64,000 nt of DNA from Planctomycetota bacterium. Lineage in GTDB: Bacteria > Planctomycetota > B15-G4. Shown piece by piece: positions 48,820 to 57,723 of the stretch (position 1 is its first letter; every line of letters starts with the position of its first letter). The notes beneath the pieces were generated by a model, which searched no databases, had not been told where the DNA came from, and was given only the letters and a program-made list of their open reading frames with translations. The DNA is taken from assembly GCA_038212275.1 (NCBI GenBank), contig JBBQUR010000013.1, positions 64,001 through 128,000 of the forward strand, read 5' to 3'. Position numbers and translations under genes: made by a program.

Positions 48820-49820
48820 GGCGTGCCCCGGCGTCCGGCCGGCGCGCGCGGACGACCGTCGTCGTCATCGTCGTCGCCCGCGTCGCCCTCGCCCCACGCC
48901 TCGAACTCGACCTTGTGCCGCGCCGCGGCGTGCTCGTGCCTGTGCGGCAGGCCGTCGCTGCGCATGAGCACGAGATAGGCGTCCTCGAGCGTGGCCGGCA
49001 CGGCGGCAAAGCCGTCGGGCGGCGAACCCTCGGGCTGCCAGACGCGCACGTGGTTGCGCCCCTCGAAGAGGATCGCCTGCGTGACGAAGCGCGATTCGCG
49101 CAGCTTGAGCAGGTCTTCCTTGCGCACGTGCCCCTCGAAGATCGCGCCCTCGATGGAGGCGCGCGCCTCGGCGGGCGTGGTGCGCGCGACGAGCTTGCCA
49201 CCGCGGATCACCGCGAAGTGCGGACACAGCACCGACACGTCCTCGACGATGTGCGTGGACAGCAGCACCGTGCGTTCCTCGGCGAGTTCCGCGAGCAGGC
49301 GGTAGAAGCGCAGGCGCTCCTCCGGGTCGAGACCCGCCGTGGGCTCGTCCACGATGATGAGGCGCGGATCGCCGGCGATGGCCTGCGCGATGCCGAGGCG
49401 CTGGCGCATGCCGCCGCTGTAGTCCTTCACCTTGCGCTTCGCCGCGAACGACAGGTTGACGCGCTCGAGCAACTCGCCCGCGAGCTCGGGCAGGGTGCCC
49501 GACGAGCGCACACCCTTGAGGCGCAGCAGATGCACGAGCATCGCCTCGCCCGTGAGGTGCGGATAGAAGCCGAACTCCTGCGGCAGGTAGCCGAGGCGGT
49601 TCCAGATGCGCTCGGGATCCGCGAGCAGGTCCTCGCCGTCCAGCGTGATCTGCCCGGACGTCGGCTCGAGCAGGCCCGCGAGAATGCGCATGAGCGTGGA
49701 CTTGCCCGCGCCGTTGGGCCCGAGCAGGCCGAACATTCCGCGCGGCACGTCGAGCGAGATGCCCTGCAGCGCGGGCACGGGGCCCGGATACACCTTCACC
49801 AGTTCGCGGATCACCAGCAT
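48816..49820 (-). CDS. ABC transporter ATP-binding protein
   Basis: GPNGAGKST, YSGGMRQR, IVDEPTAGLD and LSTH. Confidence 0.96.
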   Translation of the reverse strand: MLVIRELVKVYPGPVPALQGISLDVPRGMFGLLGPNGAGKSTLMRILAGLLEPTSGQITLDGEDLLADPERIWNRLGYLPQEFGFYPHLTGEAMLVHLLRLKGVRSSGTLPELAGELLERVNLSFAAKRKVKDYSGGMRQRLGIAQAIAGDPRLIIVDEPTAGLDPEERLRFYRLLAELAEERTVLLSTHIVEDVSVLCPHFAVIRGGKLVARTTPAEARASIEGAIFEGHVRKEDLLKLRESRFVTQAILFEGRNHVRVWQPEGSPPDGFAAVPATLEDAYLVLMRSDGLPHRHEHAAARHKVEFEAWGEGDAGDDDDDDGRPRAPAGRRGTP

Positions 49821-50166
49821 GTCGGTCCTCGCTGCCTGCCTCGGTCGTCGCCCATCGTGCGCCGGAGCTGCTCGTCCCCGCGACCGGCAGTGTCGCTCAC
49901 GCCGGGCGCCTCGCGCACGCCCCGCCATCGCGCGCTTCCGTCCGTCAGGAACGCGTCACAGGCCGAGCGACGGGCGTACTCGCGAGGCGCTGCCGGCGCG
50001 CCGCTCGCCCGCGGACGGACCTGTGGGCACACCCGCGAGCCGGCGCGCGGGAGACACGCACCGACGATTGACCGCGGCAGCGCGCCGCCATAGCCTTCCG
50101 CGACGAACGGCGGACGGCGCGCGCGTGAATCGGCACGCGAGGCGACATCCCGACGGAGAGAGCCGC

Positions 50167-50436
50167 GTGGCGCGCGTCAGCTTCACAGCCAACCTGCAGA
50201 GACACGTGAGCTGTCCGCCCGGCGAGGCGCCCGGCGCCACCGTGCGCGAGGTGCTCGACGCGGTCTTTGCGGGCAATCCCCGCGCCCGCAGCTACGTGCT
50301 CGACGACCAGGGCGGCTTGCGACACCACATGCTCATCTTCGTGGACAACGTGCGCCTCGCGGACCGCGTCGCGCTGAGCGACCCGGTGACCGTCCACAGC
50401 GAGATCCACGTGATGCAGGCCCTGTCCGGCGGTTGA
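50167..50436 (+). CDS. MoaD/ThiS family ubiquitin-like protein
   Basis: 89 aa with TVREVL, LRHHMLIFVD and C-terminal ALSGG-stop. Confidence 0.92.
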   Translation: MARVSFTANLQRHVSCPPGEAPGATVREVLDAVFAGNPRARSYVLDDQGGLRHHMLIFVDNVRLADRVALSDPVTVHSEIHVMQALSGG

Positions 50437-50542
50437 AGCCCGACGTCCCGCGCCGCGCTCTCCCCATCCCCGCACGTCATCACCTTCCCCTTCCCTTCCG
50501 ACCCTCCACGCAACCCTCCCCGCAACCGTCCCCGGAGTGAGC

Positions 50543-51655
50543 ATGACCGACCGCATCCTCGTCGCCAGCCGCAAGGGCCTCTTCACCATCCGCCGCGGAC
50601 GCGAGAAGCGCTGGGCCGTGGATCGCGCGGACTTCCTCGGGGATCACATCTCGCTCTGCCTGCACGACCCGCGCAGCGGCACGCTCTACGCGGCCTTCCA
50701 GCACGGACACTTCGGCGTGAAGCTGCACCGCTCCACCGACGGCGGCCAGACCTGGCACGAGGGCGCGAAGCCCGTCTACCCCGAGAAGCCCGCAGACGTG
50801 GTGGACAACGACCCGATGCGCGGCACGCCCATCCCGTGGAACGTCGAGCGCGTGTGGGAGCTGACGGCCGGCACCGCGCGCACGCCGGGGCTGCTCTGGC
50901 TGGGCACCATTCCCGGCGGCCTGTTCCGCTCGCGCGACGGCGGCGATTCCTGGGAACTCGTGCGCTCGCTCTGGGACATGCCCGAGCGCAAGCGCTGGGT
51001 GGGCGGCGGCGCCGACCTGCCGGGACTGCACAGCGTCTGCGTCGATCCGCGCGACGATGACCACGTCTTCGTCGGCGTCTCCTGCGGCGGCGTGTGGGAG
51101 ACGACGGACGGCGCGCGCAGCTGGACCGTCCGCACCAAGGGCATGATCGCGCGCTACATGCCGCCCGAACTGCAGGGCGACGAGATCGTGCAGGACGACC
51201 ACCGCCTCGCGATGTGCGCGGCGCGCCCCGAATCGATGTGGGTGCAGCACCACAACGGCATCTTCCGCACCACCGACGGCGCGCGGACCTGGGAGGAAGT
51301 GCGCACGGCGCAGCCCTCGTGCTTCGGCTTCCCGGTCGTCGTGCATCCGCGCGAGCCGGACACGGCGTGGTTCGTGCCGGCGCAGAAGGACGAGCAGCGC
51401 ATGCCGCTGGACGGCCGGGTGCTCGTCAACCGCACGCGCGACGGGGGCAAGTCCTTCGAGCAGCTCCGCAAGGGCCTGCCGCAGCTGCACGCCTACGACC
51501 TGACCTACCGGCACGGCCTCGACATCGACGCCAGCGGCGACTGCCTCGCCTTCGGCACGACCACCGGCAGCCTCTACGTCAGCAACAACGGCGGCGACCT
51601 CTGGCAGTGCGTCGCCGAGCACCTCCCGCCGATCGACTGCGTGCGCTTCGCCTGA
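50543..51655 (+). CDS. BNR/Asp-box beta-propeller protein (sialidase-like)
   Basis: Repeated S/T-x-D-G-G-x-T/S-W boxes (STDGGQTW, SRDGGDSW, TTDGARSW, TRDGGKSF, SNNGGDLW); no signal peptide. Confidence 0.9.
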   Translation: MTDRILVASRKGLFTIRRGREKRWAVDRADFLGDHISLCLHDPRSGTLYAAFQHGHFGVKLHRSTDGGQTWHEGAKPVYPEKPADVVDNDPMRGTPIPWNVERVWELTAGTARTPGLLWLGTIPGGLFRSRDGGDSWELVRSLWDMPERKRWVGGGADLPGLHSVCVDPRDDDHVFVGVSCGGVWETTDGARSWTVRTKGMIARYMPPELQGDEIVQDDHRLAMCAARPESMWVQHHNGIFRTTDGARTWEEVRTAQPSCFGFPVVVHPREPDTAWFVPAQKDEQRMPLDGRVLVNRTRDGGKSFEQLRKGLPQLHAYDLTYRHGLDIDASGDCLAFGTTTGSLYVSNNGGDLWQCVAEHLPPIDCVRFA

Positions 51656-51733
51656 GGCGAGCCGCGCGCGGCGCATCTCCGCGCCACGGCGGCACTGCGC
51701 GCGACAGCCGCACCTCGCGCGGCGCCGCTGCAC

Positions 51734-53032
51734 TCACGGCACGTTGACGACGATCGGCTCGTCCCCGGGCTTCAGGTCGAGCGAGACGATGGATGCCGGC
51801 TTGCGGAAGCCGTTGCCGATCTGCACCTGGTAGGTGCCGGGAAGCACGTGCGAGAGCTCGACGACTCCGTTCTCGCAAAAGGCCCCGATACGACACGGCT
51901 GCGGGAACGCGGCGCTCGCCTCGACTCCGAGCTTCAGCGACGTCGAGGCGAAAGGCGCCCCGTGCTGGTCGACCAGGTGCACCGTGAAGTCGGGGCACGT
52001 CTTCAGCACCAGCGCGACCTCCGCCGGTCCGACAGCGTCGAGCGTGAAGGCCGTGATCGCGGACGCGCCGCGTCCCTGCGACGCCTGAACGAGATAGGTT
52101 CCCAGCTTGAGCGGGCGCTCGATCTCGGCCGCGTCCCCGTCCCACTCGGTGCTGCCACCCGCCCCGTCCCATACCGAGAAGCTCAGCGCCTCGTTGCCGC
52201 CGAGGTCGAGCAGTGTCGTGCCATCGGGCTCGAACGCGCGCAGCGTGACCGTGCGCTGCGACAGGATCGGAATCTCCACGCCATCCTGCCAATGCTCGAA
52301 GCCGATGAGAATGCCGCTGAACTGCGCGCTGATTCCGGGACTGTCCTCGAGATCGAGCGTGAAGCTCGCCACTTCGATGAGGTCGTGGGGGGACACATCG
52401 AGCGAGCCGAAGTCGAACCGGCCGTCGGCATCCGGCACGACGCTGTACGCCGGCTGGGCCTGCTTATACGACGAGTCGAAGGTGATCGCGACGGTGCCTT
52501 CCCCCGCCTGCGTGTGAATCGGCCCGGTTCGAGTGACCCTCACTTCGTAGGCAAAGCGATCCGGTGCGAAGACTCCGGTGATCCGACCGTGCAACGGAGT
52601 GGCGGTCGTGCAGCCGAGCGGAAGCCCGATGTCGAGGCGCTCGGTGTTTCCTTTCGATGCCGTCCCGAACTGTCGCACGAGCCGGCTGAGCGCCACGCCC
52701 TCCGGCGCCGCGCCGCCACTGACCGGCCGCGCGAGTTGCTGCATCTCGTCATCCGTGCGCGGCGTGGTGCTGGCAACGGCCGTCACGATCCACGTGCCGT
52801 CGTCGAGGCCGGGGAGCGCCCAGCGCCCTTCCGCATCGGACCGCGCCGACTTGGCCGGCGCTCCCTCGAAGTCCTTAGCCGTCAGCGCACCGTGCTCGGT
52901 GCGGCGCGCCTCGAGCCACGCGCCGGCGATCGGCTGGTCCTTCGCGTCGCGCACGACACCGGCGAGGCGGGACTCCGCATTCGGCGCGGACAGCACGCCA
53001 GCCAGCAACAAGGCACACGTCGCGATGAACAT
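51734..53032 (-). CDS. Exported protein with carboxypeptidase-regulatory-like (transthyretin-fold) domains
   Basis: Signal peptide; LAGVVRDAKDQPIAGA, SDAEGRWALPGL..G.W, DADGRFDF and VDQHGAP...PGTY. Confidence 0.75.
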   Translation of the reverse strand: MFIATCALLLAGVLSAPNAESRLAGVVRDAKDQPIAGAWLEARRTEHGALTAKDFEGAPAKSARSDAEGRWALPGLDDGTWIVTAVASTTPRTDDEMQQLARPVSGGAAPEGVALSRLVRQFGTASKGNTERLDIGLPLGCTTATPLHGRITGVFAPDRFAYEVRVTRTGPIHTQAGEGTVAITFDSSYKQAQPAYSVVPDADGRFDFGSLDVSPHDLIEVASFTLDLEDSPGISAQFSGILIGFEHWQDGVEIPILSQRTVTLRAFEPDGTTLLDLGGNEALSFSVWDGAGGSTEWDGDAAEIERPLKLGTYLVQASQGRGASAITAFTLDAVGPAEVALVLKTCPDFTVHLVDQHGAPFASTSLKLGVEASAAFPQPCRIGAFCENGVVELSHVLPGTYQVQIGNGFRKPASIVSLDLKPGDEPIVVNVP

Positions 53033-53312
53033 GCTTGCTCCTCCGCGCCTCGCGGCGCCCTTCCTCGTCGCGCAGTCTGCAGCGGCACCGCCCGCCCGGC
53101 CCTCGCGCGCAACCTCGCCGGAGGATATGCGACACCGCTCGGACATGCACCTGCGCCGCAACAGGCTCCCGCCGGACAGACAACCCCGCGAAGCGGTCCA
53201 CGCCCCCACCGCCCGTCAACGCCGCGTCGGCGCCGCGTCATCGCCAGTCAGCGGACATCAGCGCCGCGTCTCCTCCGCGCCGCCACCCTTTCAGCGCCCA
53301 GTCAGCGCCGCG

Positions 53313-53927
53313 TCATCGCCCCGCGCCGACGAGCATCGCCTGGCTGAGCGCCTGGGACTTGCCGGCTCCGCAGAGTTCGGCGACGAGGCGCAGGGCGAAG
53401 GAGAGCGAGGTGCCGGGGCCGCGGCTCGTGACGATGTTGCCGTCCACGACGACGCATTCCTCGGAGTAGGTCGCGCCGACGAGCTGGTCGCCGAAGCCCG
53501 GGTAGCTGGTCGCGCGCCGGCCTGCAAGCACGCCGGCCGCAGCCAGCGCGATGGGCGCCGCGCAGATCGCGCCGAGCATGCCGCCGCGCGCGTGCTGCTC
53601 CTTGATGAGCGCCTGCACGCCCTTGCTGTCGCGCAGGTTCGTCGCGCCAGGCAGCCCGCCGGGCAGCACGACGAGATCCCAGCGCCGCCCGCCGATGGCC
53701 GCCAGCGCGAGGTCGGCGTGCACCACGATGCCGTGCGCGCCGCACACCTCCGTGCCGCCGACGCCGACCGAGGCCACGTCGAGTTCCGCGCGCCGCAGCA
53801 CGTCGAGAATCGTGATGGCCTCGATTTCCTCGAAGCCGTTGGCCAGGAGCACGCACACGGTCTTGGCAGCAATCGTCGGAGCAGGCATGGGAATCTTCCG
53901 TGAAGCGGGCGTCGGTGATTCAGGCAT
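53313..53927 (-). CDS. DJ-1/PfpI family protein (YajL/ThiJ-like)
   Basis: GFEEIEA, LPGG, AICAAP (catalytic Cys) and TSRGPGT. Start is 53927 or 53888. Confidence 0.95.
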   Translation of the reverse strand: MPESPTPASRKIPMPAPTIAAKTVCVLLANGFEEIEAITILDVLRRAELDVASVGVGGTEVCGAHGIVVHADLALAAIGGRRWDLVVLPGGLPGATNLRDSKGVQALIKEQHARGGMLGAICAAPIALAAAGVLAGRRATSYPGFGDQLVGATYSEECVVVDGNIVTSRGPGTSLSFALRLVAELCGAGKSQALSQAMLVGAGR

Positions 53928-53933
53928 CGGTGA

Positions 53934-54530
53934 TCAGGCGGCGGGAGGCATGGAGGCGGGCGTCGACGCCGGCTGCGCCTGCGGGAGGCGGTTGGCATAG
54001 CTGCGATACAACCAGGTGCCGACGAAACCCGTGACGAGCCACGCCGCGCCGAGCCCGAGCAGCAGCGCCGGGGACACGTCGGCGACGGCCTTCATCACGT
54101 CGGTCCAGTCCTTGCGGATCACCTGCAGGCCCGCGAGATAGAGGAGGTAGGCGCCGAGGCCGGCCCACACGCGCATCATCCAGAGCAGCGCCGGGCGCCG
54201 CGGCCGCATCAGCCGCAGCATGACGAGCAGCAGCACGTACGGGATCGCGATGGCCATCAGCACCCCGAGCGAGAACTTGCTCCGCACAAGCATGAGCACC
54301 GCAAGCACGACGAGCCAGATGAGCGAGCCGACGCCTCCACCCCACAGATTGCCGCGGCTGGTGCCGTGCTTGCGCAAGTACGGGTCCTGCGACTCCCAGC
54401 GGAACTCGCGCGTGAAGGCCACATTGCGCGCCACCGCACCACAGGCGGCGCACGCGAAGGAGGCGCCTTCCTTGAGGCCCTCCGGCAGCGCCAGCGCACG
54501 TCCGCAGCACGAGCAGTCGATCACCAGCAT
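53934..54530 (-). CDS. Hypothetical membrane protein with N-terminal zinc ribbon
   Basis: CSCCG-x17-CAACG followed by four hydrophobic segments. Confidence 0.7.
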   Translation of the reverse strand: MLVIDCSCCGRALALPEGLKEGASFACAACGAVARNVAFTREFRWESQDPYLRKHGTSRGNLWGGGVGSLIWLVVLAVLMLVRSKFSLGVLMAIAIPYVLLLVMLRLMRPRRPALLWMMRVWAGLGAYLLYLAGLQVIRKDWTDVMKAVADVSPALLLGLGAAWLVTGFVGTWLYRSYANRLPQAQPASTPASMPPAA

Positions 54531-54684
54531 GAATCCGTCGCTCCGGGAGTTGCCCGCCGAGCGCCTCGGCCCGGCCGTCTCCGCACGGCCGCACCCGCCC
54601 GGTGACGCACGCATCGTAGGAGTCGCGGGCCGCGCGCGCGAGCAGCTGCCGGGCGCGGCGTGTGGTATCTGTGCCACGCAACCC

Positions 54685-55722
54685 ATGCCGCGCGCCGTGA
54701 GCAATCCCCCGAATCCTTGGCTTTCCGAGCACGTCGAACTGCTCGGCGAGGCGCCGCCGGCTCCGTTGCAGGTCTTCGAGGAGACCGCGCGCAGCATCGT
54801 CTCGAGCAACGACAGCCCCGACGTGCCCTTCCGCTGGAGCGTCAATCCCTACCGCGGCTGCTTCCACGCCTGCGCCTATTGCTATGCGCGGCCGACGCAC
54901 CAGTACCTCGGCTGGGGCGCGGGCACCGACTTCGACCGGCGCATCGTGGTCAAGCGCAACGCGCCCGAGCTGCTGCGCGCGCGTTTCCTGAGCAAGGGCT
55001 GGCGCGGCGAGCCGGTCGTCTTCAGCGGCGTGACCGACTGCTATCAGCCGCTCGAAGCCAGCTACGCCCTCACGCGCCGCTGCCTGCAGGTCTGCCGCGA
55101 CTTCCGCAACCCCGTCGAGATCCTCACCAAGGGAGCGCTCGTGCGGCGCGACATCGACGTGCTCGCGGAGCTGGCGGCCGTGGCCGACGTGCGCGTCTTC
55201 CTCTCGATTCCCTTCGCGGACGAAGCGCTGTCGCGGGCGCTGGAACCCTTCGCGAGTCCGCCCGGCATGCGGATCGCGACGCTGGCGCTGCTCACGGAGG
55301 CCGGCGTGCGCACCGGTGTGCTCGTGGCGCCGATCATTCCGGGACTGTCGGACAGCCAGATCCCGGAGATCCTCCAGCGAGCCGCGGACGCGGGCGCGAC
55401 GCGCGCGGGCCGCGTGCTGCTGCGCCTGCCGGCCGAGGTGCGGCCGGTGTTCGAGGAGCGCCTGCGCGAGGCGCTCCCGCTGCGCGCCGACAAGGTGCTG
55501 CACGCGCTGGCGGAGCTGCACGGCGGCCAGCTCTACGATCCCCGCTTCGGCAAGCGCATGGGAGGAGCCGGCCCGCGCTGGGCAGCCATCGACGCGCTCT
55601 TCCTCGCGCAGTGCCGGCGCCTGCACCTCGCCGTCCGCGACGAGAGCGCCACCGGGCTCCCCGACGTGGACAGTGCCCGCTCCACCTTCCGGCGCCCGGG
55701 CGAAACCGGCTTGCTCTTCTGA
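54685..55722 (+). CDS. Radical SAM protein, PA0069/SplB-like family
   Basis: NDSPDVPF, NPYRGCFHACAYCYAR (CxxxCxxC), TDCYQP and APIIPGL. Confidence 0.93.
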   Translation: MPRAVSNPPNPWLSEHVELLGEAPPAPLQVFEETARSIVSSNDSPDVPFRWSVNPYRGCFHACAYCYARPTHQYLGWGAGTDFDRRIVVKRNAPELLRARFLSKGWRGEPVVFSGVTDCYQPLEASYALTRRCLQVCRDFRNPVEILTKGALVRRDIDVLAELAAVADVRVFLSIPFADEALSRALEPFASPPGMRIATLALLTEAGVRTGVLVAPIIPGLSDSQIPEILQRAADAGATRAGRVLLRLPAEVRPVFEERLREALPLRADKVLHALAELHGGQLYDPRFGKRMGGAGPRWAAIDALFLAQCRRLHLAVRDESATGLPDVDSARSTFRRPGETGLLF

Positions 55723-55760
55723 ACCGGGCAGGACAGCACGGCGCGGGCCGCGAAGGCTGC

Positions 55761-55808
55761 GGCCGAGTGGCCGAGTGGCCGAGTGGCCGAGTGGCCGAGT
55801 GGCCGAGT
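55761..55808. repeat. Perfect octamer tandem repeat (GGCCGAGT)x6
   Basis: Read directly in the intergenic gap. Confidence 0.97.
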
Positions 55809-55896
55809 GCGTGCCGTCGGAGATTAAGATCCGCGGACCGACCGCGTGTGGGTCGTCGGCGCGAAGTGCGCCGCCAGCTCACCCCCGGAGATTGCC

Positions 55897-57723
55897 ATGG
55901 CCACTGCCTTGATGTTCCCGCACCGTCGCGCCGTGACGCCGCTCCTGCGACGAAGCCCCGCTCGAATCGGCGCGTGCCTGCTCGCCGCCGTCGCGGGTCT
56001 CGCAGCCGCCGGGGATGCGCGTGCCCTCGGCCCGGAAGCGGCCGTCCGCACACTGCAGCCCGCCGGCCAGCAGGCGGCCGTCGTGCAACCGGCGCCACCT
56101 GCCGCCGAGACGAAGGTGTCCACACGCATCGACTCGGTGACGGTCTACGGAAGCGGCGCGCGCGTCACGCGGCTGGGCGCCGTCACGGGCAGCGGCAGCT
56201 ACGTCATTGCGGGGCTTCCGGTCGCGCTGGACGCCGACAGCCTGCGCGTGCGGCTTTCGACGGGGCATGTCGTCAGCGTCGAGACGCTGGCGCGCGTGCA
56301 GGCCGTCGTGCCCGACGCGCGCGTCCAGGAACTGCGCGACGCGTTGGCGGCACTGCAGGACAAGCAGCGCGCGCTCAACGACGAGCGCGACGTCGCCAAC
56401 GCGCTCAAGCGCCACCTGCTCGAACTCACCGAGACGGAGAAAGATGCACATGCGGGCGACGTCGCCGGCGGCCGCCCGTCGGTGGAGGCCTGGCGCGCGA
56501 GCCTGGTCTTCGTGGGCACGGAGCTCTCGCGCGTCCTCGAGGCCCTGCGCGCCGTGGATGGCAAGCTGACCGCGCTCGAAGCGCAGCTGGCCGATGCGAA
56601 GGCCGCGCTGGGCGAGGCCGAGACACACCGCAGCGTGCGGCTCACCGACGTGCACCTCGACGTGGTGGCCGACGGCCCGGCCCAGCTGCAGCTGGAATAC
56701 CTTCTCGGCGACGCCGGCTGGGAACCGCTCTACGACCTGCGCACTGCGGGTGACGGCAGCTCGGTGATGCTGCAGTATCGCGCGCGCATCCATCAGCTCA
56801 CCGGCGAAGACTGGACCGACGCTTCGCTCGCGCTCTCCACCGCGCAGCCGCAGCGCGGCGCGCAGGGGCCCGAGCCGCGCCCGGTCACCGTGTCCGTGTT
56901 CGAGGCGAGCGGCAGCGGCGCGCCCAGCTTCAGAGTCATGTCCGCCGACGATGCCGAAGCGCTGGGCTCGCTGCAGGCGCTGGGATACATGGATGCTGCC
57001 ACCGCTGACGCCAGCAACGCGGCCCCGTCGCCCTTCGCGGCCGTCATCGCGCAGGGACTCTCGGTGCAGTTCCGGCTGCCGCGTGCGGAGACGATCCTCT
57101 CGCGCGAGCAGCCCACCACCGTGCTCGTCGGCGAGCAGGACGTGGCCGTCTCCACCGAGCACTACGTCACGCCGGCGCTCGACACGACGGTGTGGTTGCG
57201 CGGCCGCGCGAAGAACGCCACGCCGTGGACGCTGCTGCCCGGCGACGCGGCGGTGTATTTCGGCAACGACTTCATCGGCCACGCGCGCTTCGACAAGCCC
57301 GTGCTGCCCGATCAGGAGTTCACGCTGCACCTCGGCGCGGATCCGGGCGTGCTGGTCACGCGCGAGCAGACGGAGGACCTGCACGAGGAGCCGGGCTTCC
57401 TCGGCAGGCGCCAGACGCAGAAGGAAGGCTGGCGCATCACGCTCGAGAACCTCGGCGCCGTGGCCGCTGCAGCGGACGGCACGGTGGCGGTCATCGTGCG
57501 CGAGGCCTTTCCCAAGGCCACGGACCAGCGCATCGAGGTCGAGATCACCGACGAATCCGTGCCACCCAGCCGCGACGAACGCTGGCTCAAGGAACTGGAC
57601 GAGCAGGGCGTGCACACCTGGCTCGTGAAGGTGCCGCGCGGCGGAAAGTCGGCAGTCGCCTGGCACGTCAAACTCATCTGGCCCGAGGATCTCAGGATGT
57701 CGAGGCAGAGCCGCCGCCCGTGA
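55897..57723 (+). CDS. MuiA family protein (DUF4140/DUF4139)
   Basis: IDSVTVY..GARVTR, coiled coil, AGWEPLYDLR, QLTGEDW..LSTAQP and LLPGDA. Confidence 0.9.
   Translation: MATALMFPHRRAVTPLLRRSPARIGACLLAAVAGLAAAGDARALGPEAAVRTLQPAGQQAAVVQPAPPAAETKVSTRIDSVTVYGSGARVTRLGAVTGSGSYVIAGLPVALDADSLRVRLSTGHVVSVETLARVQAVVPDARVQELRDALAALQDKQRALNDERDVANALKRHLLELTETEKDAHAGDVAGGRPSVEAWRASLVFVGTELSRVLEALRAVDGKLTALEAQLADAKAALGEAETHRSVRLTDVHLDVVADGPAQLQLEYLLGDAGWEPLYDLRTAGDGSSVMLQYRARIHQLTGEDWTDASLALSTAQPQRGAQGPEPRPVTVSVFEASGSGAPSFRVMSADDAEALGSLQALGYMDAATADASNAAPSPFAAVIAQGLSVQFRLPRAETILSREQPTTVLVGEQDVAVSTEHYVTPALDTTVWLRGRAKNATPWTLLPGDAAVYFGNDFIGHARFDKPVLPDQEFTLHLGADPGVLVTREQTEDLHEEPGFLGRRQTQKEGWRITLENLGAVAAAADGTVAVIVREAFPKATDQRIEVEITDESVPPSRDERWLKELDEQGVHTWLVKVPRGGKSAVAWHVKLIWPEDLRMSRQSRRP

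Noticed and set aside
50167..50436. Calling the Ubl a canonical moaD of the moaC-mog cluster
   Set aside because: It is 9 kb away, has no moaE or moeB neighbour, and is paired with a beta-propeller gene instead.
51734..53032. Possible PEP-CTERM substrate or horizontally acquired gene
   Set aside because: The C-terminus (DEPIVVNVP) lacks the TM and basic tail, and the slightly atypical codon usage was not quantifiable by eye.
55690..55722. C-terminal TGLLF of the radical SAM protein as a beta-clamp-binding motif
   Set aside because: It lacks the conserved Gln of QLxLF and is too weak to claim.
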